Shown here: piece after piece, positions 7,323 to 10,756 of the stretch | Layout of the letters: each line of letters opens with the position of its first letter | Position numbering within the stretch: the first letter of the stretch is position 1 | NCBI GenBank assembly: GCA_046075565.1 | Contig: JBJTQJ010000076.1 | Coordinates: 1-10,756 of the forward strand | Reading direction: 5' to 3' | DNA: 10,756 nucleotides | DNA from: Verrucomicrobiales bacterium | Lineage (GTDB): Bacteria > Verrucomicrobiota > Verrucomicrobiia > Verrucomicrobiales > SLCJ01 | Made by a program: the position numbers and the translations under genes | Notes under the pieces: generated by a model | The model's input: only the letters and a program-made list of their open reading frames with translations | Database searches by the model: none | What the model was told of the DNA's origin: nothing

Positions 7323-7468
7323 GGAACCACGAATGGACACGAAGGGGCACGAATTTTCAGAAGGTTATGACGAAAGACCTAATCACACTGCGGATGAGTG
7401 AAGCTGCTTCCATAAATCTCTGGTTTTCAATTTCTTATTCGTGTTTCTTAGCGTCCATTGGTGGTTTC
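7323..7468 (+). repeat. Fold-back element copy 1 (CACGAA-periodic inverted arms, central palindrome), MITE/REPIN-like
   Basis: Left arm GGAACCACGAATGGACACGAAGGGGCACGAATTT (7323-7356), centre GAAGCTGCTTC (7400-7410), right arm TTCGTGTTTCTTAGCGTCCATTGGTGGTTTC (7438-7468). It is homologous along its length to the reverse complement of 8552-8683. Confidence 0.85.
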
Positions 7469-7473
7469 TAGGA

Positions 7474-8505
7474 TCATTCGCGGGCGCGGATGGCCACGCG
7501 CAATTTCGCGGGCTGCGAACGTGGGTTGGCGCGGCGTTCCTCCGGTCCGGCGGTGATCACATCCTCATTTCCGTTCTCCCACTGGCCGAGGCGGCGTCCC
7601 TCGCGGAGCGCGAGTTTGACCCGCCGATCTTCCCCGGAATGAAATGTGAGGATCGCGACGCGTCCTCCGGGTTTGATCGCTTGCGGAAGGACGCGCAGGA
7701 ACGCATCAAGGGCTCCGAATTCGTCGTTAACGGCAATGCGGATGGCTTGGAAGACCCGCCGGATGCTTGACTCGATGGCCTCTTCGGATTGTCCGGGCAG
7801 AGCGGCGCGGATGGCACGGGCAAGAGCGAGGGTATCGGGAAAATCTTTTCCGGCGAGCCGTATGGCGAGTTCGCCAGCATGGGATTCGTCGGAATTTTCA
7901 CGCAGCACAGTGGTGAGGGTTTCCGCCTTGGCGCGGGACAGCCACTCGCGGGCGGAGAGTCCGCGTTCGGGGTTCATGCGCATGTCGAGCGGACCAGCGG
8001 CCTTGAAGGTAAACCCGCGGCCAGGATCATCGATTTGCATGGAGGAACATCCAAGATCGGCGAGCAGGAAATCGAATGGACCGGTCTCGGCCAGAACCTT
8101 GGACAGGCCCGCGAAATTCGAGCGAATGGCGCGGAAGGCCGGTTCCTCGTAACCGAGGGAACGAAGTCGTTCGACCGTGCGCGGCAACTGCACGGGATCG
8201 ACATCGAGTCCGATCAGCCTGCCCCCGGGTGCAAGGCGGGCGAGCAGGTTTTCCGCATGGCCGCCGTAGCCGAGGGTGGCATCAAGGCCGGCCTGGCCGG
8301 GTGCCGGTTGGAGGAAAGCGAGAATTTCCCCGACCATGATTGGCACGTGCATGCCGGCGGGGGTTTTACCGGAGGCAAAAACCTTCGCGACCGTGGCAGG
8401 GTCTCGGGCCGGATCGAGTTCCTTGTATTTTTCCCCGAATCGACGCGGGTGGGTTCCCCGGTAACGAAGGCGGCGGCGGTGGGGAGATGGTTCAGGGGCG
8501 TCCAT
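7474..8505 (-). CDS. rsmH: 16S rRNA (cytosine(1402)-N4)-methyltransferase RsmH/MraW family, variant with N-terminal extension, 343 aa
   Basis: Motifs HVPIM, DATLGYGGHA, LIGLDVD, LADLGCSSMQIDDPGRGFTF, PLDMRM, FQAIRIAVNDE, TFHSGEDRRVK and NPRSQPAKLR. The start is set at ATG 8505 (MDAPEP) because the longer upstream frame runs into the repeat element. Confidence 0.92.
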   Translation of the reverse strand: MDAPEPSPHRRRLRYRGTHPRRFGEKYKELDPARDPATVAKVFASGKTPAGMHVPIMVGEILAFLQPAPGQAGLDATLGYGGHAENLLARLAPGGRLIGLDVDPVQLPRTVERLRSLGYEEPAFRAIRSNFAGLSKVLAETGPFDFLLADLGCSSMQIDDPGRGFTFKAAGPLDMRMNPERGLSAREWLSRAKAETLTTVLRENSDESHAGELAIRLAGKDFPDTLALARAIRAALPGQSEEAIESSIRRVFQAIRIAVNDEFGALDAFLRVLPQAIKPGGRVAILTFHSGEDRRVKLALREGRRLGQWENGNEDVITAGPEERRANPRSQPAKLRVAIRARE

Positions 8506-8551
8506 GGGAAGCGAAACAGAGAAACCACGATGGCGAAGCCAGGGCCTCATC

Positions 8552-8683
8552 ATAGACACTAAGAAACACGAAAAATTGAAAAGCAAAGAATTGCGGGAAG
8601 CGCTTCACTGGGACGCAGGATACTGCAGCCATGATTCATAAACATTTTGAAATTCGTGCCCATTCGTGTCCCTTCGTGGTTCC
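8552..8683 (-). repeat. Fold-back element copy 2, inverted relative to copy 1
   Basis: The reverse complement of 8650-8683 matches 7323-7356 at 32/34. The reverse complement of 8552-8572 matches 7438-7458 at 19/21. The central palindrome GAAGCGCTTC is at 8597-8606. Confidence 0.85.
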
Positions 8684-8751
8684 GTTTTTCTTTCAAGGGT
8701 TCAAGTTTGTTTTTCATGGCGCGGGCGGGAATTGCCAGCATCATTAGCCCC

Positions 8752-9093
8752 GTGCCCCCCGCCCTGCAAACCATTCTCCTCCTTGTTGGCAGCAACATCT
8801 TCATGACCTTCGCCTGGTATGGCCACCTGCGCGCCCATACGGACAAGCCACTGTGGATTGTCATTCTGCTGAGCTGGGGGGTCGCGTTTTTCGAATACTG
8901 CCTCATGGTGCCGGCCAACCGCATCGGCCACATGTCAATGAATGTGGCGCAGCTCAAGATCCTGCAGGAGGTCATCACCCTCGGGGTCTTCATTCCCTTC
9001 GCCATGCTTTACCTTAAGGAGCCCTTCCGGCTGAACTTCGTCTGGGCCGGGCTCTGTATGGTGGCGGCGGTGTGGTTCATGTTCCGGAAATGA
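8752..9093 (+). CDS. Small DMT-family membrane protein (DUF486/DMT_6 type), about 113 aa
   Basis: Signature motifs 'LL..SN.FMTFAWYGHL', 'SWG.AFFEYCL.VPANRIG' and 'QLKILQEVITL.VF.PF'. GTG at 8752 gives a family-typical length. ATG at 8716 is the alternative start. Confidence 0.88.
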   Translation: MPPALQTILLLVGSNIFMTFAWYGHLRAHTDKPLWIVILLSWGVAFFEYCLMVPANRIGHMSMNVAQLKILQEVITLGVFIPFAMLYLKEPFRLNFVWAGLCMVAAVWFMFRK

Positions 9094-9165
9094 GGGGAAA
9101 ATAGGAAATTCGCGCTCCGGGAGCTAAAATTGTTCGATTTTGATCTTCAGTCCACGAAAGAACGC

Positions 9166-9195
9166 TTGACCCTCGGTCGTCTCCGACTGCATTAT
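9166..9195 (+). promoter_or_regulatory. Possible sigma70 promoter of the MFS gene
   Basis: TTGACC (9166-9171), an 18-bp spacer, then CATTAT (9190-9195), about 40 bp before the ATG at 9235. Confidence 0.35.
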
Positions 9196-9234
9196 CTGCA
9201 GGCATTCTCAGTTCACGAAAACATTCCGACACTC

Positions 9235-10704
9235 ATGACCCAGTCAATACCCTCAGCTGATGGATGGTGGGGCCGCTTGCAGCCCTACCAGAAGCTTGTT
9301 TTTGTCGTGGCCACGCTCGCATGGCTCTTCGACTGTTTGGACCAACAGCTTTTCAATCTGGCGCGGAACCCTGCCATGGCCGCGCTGCTGGCTCCCGGCC
9401 AGGACACCAAGTTTTACGGTGGCATTGCCACGGCCATTTTCGTTCTTGGATGGGCGACCGGTGGCATGATTTTCGGCTCGCTGGGCGATCGCTACGGCCG
9501 GGCCAAAATGCTTGCGGTCACCGTGCTGCTCTACTCGCTGGCCACCGGACTTTCCGCCTTGGCCGGATTCCCCAACCTGCCCACCATCTCCGGCGCGCTG
9601 ACGCTGAACAAGATTCCGGGGCTGCAGGATCTCTCCACCCACTATCTCGACTTCACGATTTTCCGTTTTATTACCGGCCTGGGCGTTGGCGGGGTCTTTG
9701 GATTGGCCGTGGCGCTCGTCGCCGATACGGTGCCGAATGAAGTCCGGCCTCGCGCGCTCGGCGTGCTCCAATCGTTCTCGGCGGTTGGTAACGTGGCGGC
9801 GGGACTCATTGGTATCACCATCGCCCTGACCGCCTTGGGCAAATCGCCGAACTACTGGATGTGGTTGTTTTTCATTGGCGCGCTCCCGGCATTCCTGGTT
9901 GCCACCATCCAGATGAAAATGAAGGAACCCCAGGCATGGATCGAGGCACGTGATAGGGCAGCCGCGCAGGGCAAAAAGGCAGGTTCCTACAAGGATCTCT
10001 TTTCCCATCCGGTGTGGAAACGGCACGCCCTGCTGGGCATGGTCCTTTCCTGCGCGGGGGTCATCGGTCTCTGGGGTATCGGCGTTTTCTCCACCGACCT
10101 CGTGGGCGACATCGTGGGTCAGAGTCTGACGGAAGCCGGCAAAGCCAAGGAGGAAGTGCTCAAGGGCAGACAGCTTTGGGGCTCGCTCAACCTCCTCTTC
10201 TTTAACATCGGGGCCTTTGTCGGCATGCTCGCCTTCACCCGCGTCACCGAAGTGGTGGGTCGGAAAAAAGCCTTCACTTTCTTCTTCATTGGGGCATTCG
10301 TGGTGACGATCGGTGTCTTCCAGATGATGGGCAAGGTCAGTGGTCGCTGGGACATCCTGTGGATGGCTCCTCTCATGGGCTTTTTCCACCTGTCGGTGTT
10401 CGCAGGGTTCTCCATCTATTTGCCCGAACTTTTCCCGACCCGCCTGCGCGCCACCGGTGTTTCGTTCTGCTACAACGTGGGCCGGTATCTGGCCGCGACA
10501 GGCCCGCTCACGCTGGCTCTGCTGGCCAAAAAGATGGCGGATAAGGCTGCCATCGAAGCCAAGGCCATCGGAGCAAGCGAGGCCATTGCCAAAATCGACG
10601 CCTTCCGCGACGCCGCCTCCCTGATGTGCGGCATCTTCCTGCTCGGCCTTGTCGTCCTCCCCTTCCTGCCGGAGACCAAGGGCAAACCGATGCCCGAGGA
10701 TTAA
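9235..10704 (+). CDS. Major facilitator superfamily transporter, 489 aa
   Basis: About 12 TM segments. Motif A 'GSLGDRYGRAK', 'FRFITGLGVGG', second-half 'EVVGRKK', 'LPELFPTRLRATG' and C-terminal 'LPETKG' are present. The acidic TM1 (FDCLDQ) suggests an H+-coupled organic anion or sugar-acid symporter. The substrate is unknown. Confidence 0.92.
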   Translation: MTQSIPSADGWWGRLQPYQKLVFVVATLAWLFDCLDQQLFNLARNPAMAALLAPGQDTKFYGGIATAIFVLGWATGGMIFGSLGDRYGRAKMLAVTVLLYSLATGLSALAGFPNLPTISGALTLNKIPGLQDLSTHYLDFTIFRFITGLGVGGVFGLAVALVADTVPNEVRPRALGVLQSFSAVGNVAAGLIGITIALTALGKSPNYWMWLFFIGALPAFLVATIQMKMKEPQAWIEARDRAAAQGKKAGSYKDLFSHPVWKRHALLGMVLSCAGVIGLWGIGVFSTDLVGDIVGQSLTEAGKAKEEVLKGRQLWGSLNLLFFNIGAFVGMLAFTRVTEVVGRKKAFTFFFIGAFVVTIGVFQMMGKVSGRWDILWMAPLMGFFHLSVFAGFSIYLPELFPTRLRATGVSFCYNVGRYLAATGPLTLALLAKKMADKAAIEAKAIGASEAIAKIDAFRDAASLMCGIFLLGLVVLPFLPETKGKPMPED

Positions 10705-10756
10705 GTGTCGACCCGTCTGTTAGATCACCTCAAGGTGCGTCGCTGATGCCGAACGC

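Noticed and set aside
7323-8683. CRISPR array or integron attC interpretation of the repeats
   Set aside because: There are only two copies and they are inverted. There is no repeat-spacer series, no cas or intI gene, and no clear RYYYAAC/GTTRRRY boundaries.

Overview
GC-rich bacterial window. The gene content and intergenic repeat style suggest the PVC superphylum (Verrucomicrobiota-like), but this is inference. From left to right: the 3' end and right terminal repeat of an IS256-family element; a secreted OB-fold protein; a MerR-like HTH hypothetical protein converging on a tRNA-CAT (probably elongator Met); a GH29 alpha-L-fucosidase; an RhlE-type DEAD-box helicase; a ~1 kb lower-GC insert (ACP-like-fold ORF plus a Cys-rich gene fragment) bracketed by inverted GGCAAAAAGAT doublets; a VC0807-family membrane protein; a DUF423 protein; an RsmH paralog outside the dcw cluster; a small DMT-family protein; and an MFS transporter. 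The most unusual signal is non-coding. Two homologous 130-150 bp fold-back elements, built from 10-bp-periodic CACGAA arms and a central palindrome, flank the rsmH gene in inverted orientation. Several other short periodic or REP-like repeat families fill neighbouring intergenic gaps, and no cognate transposase or recombinase is present in the window.
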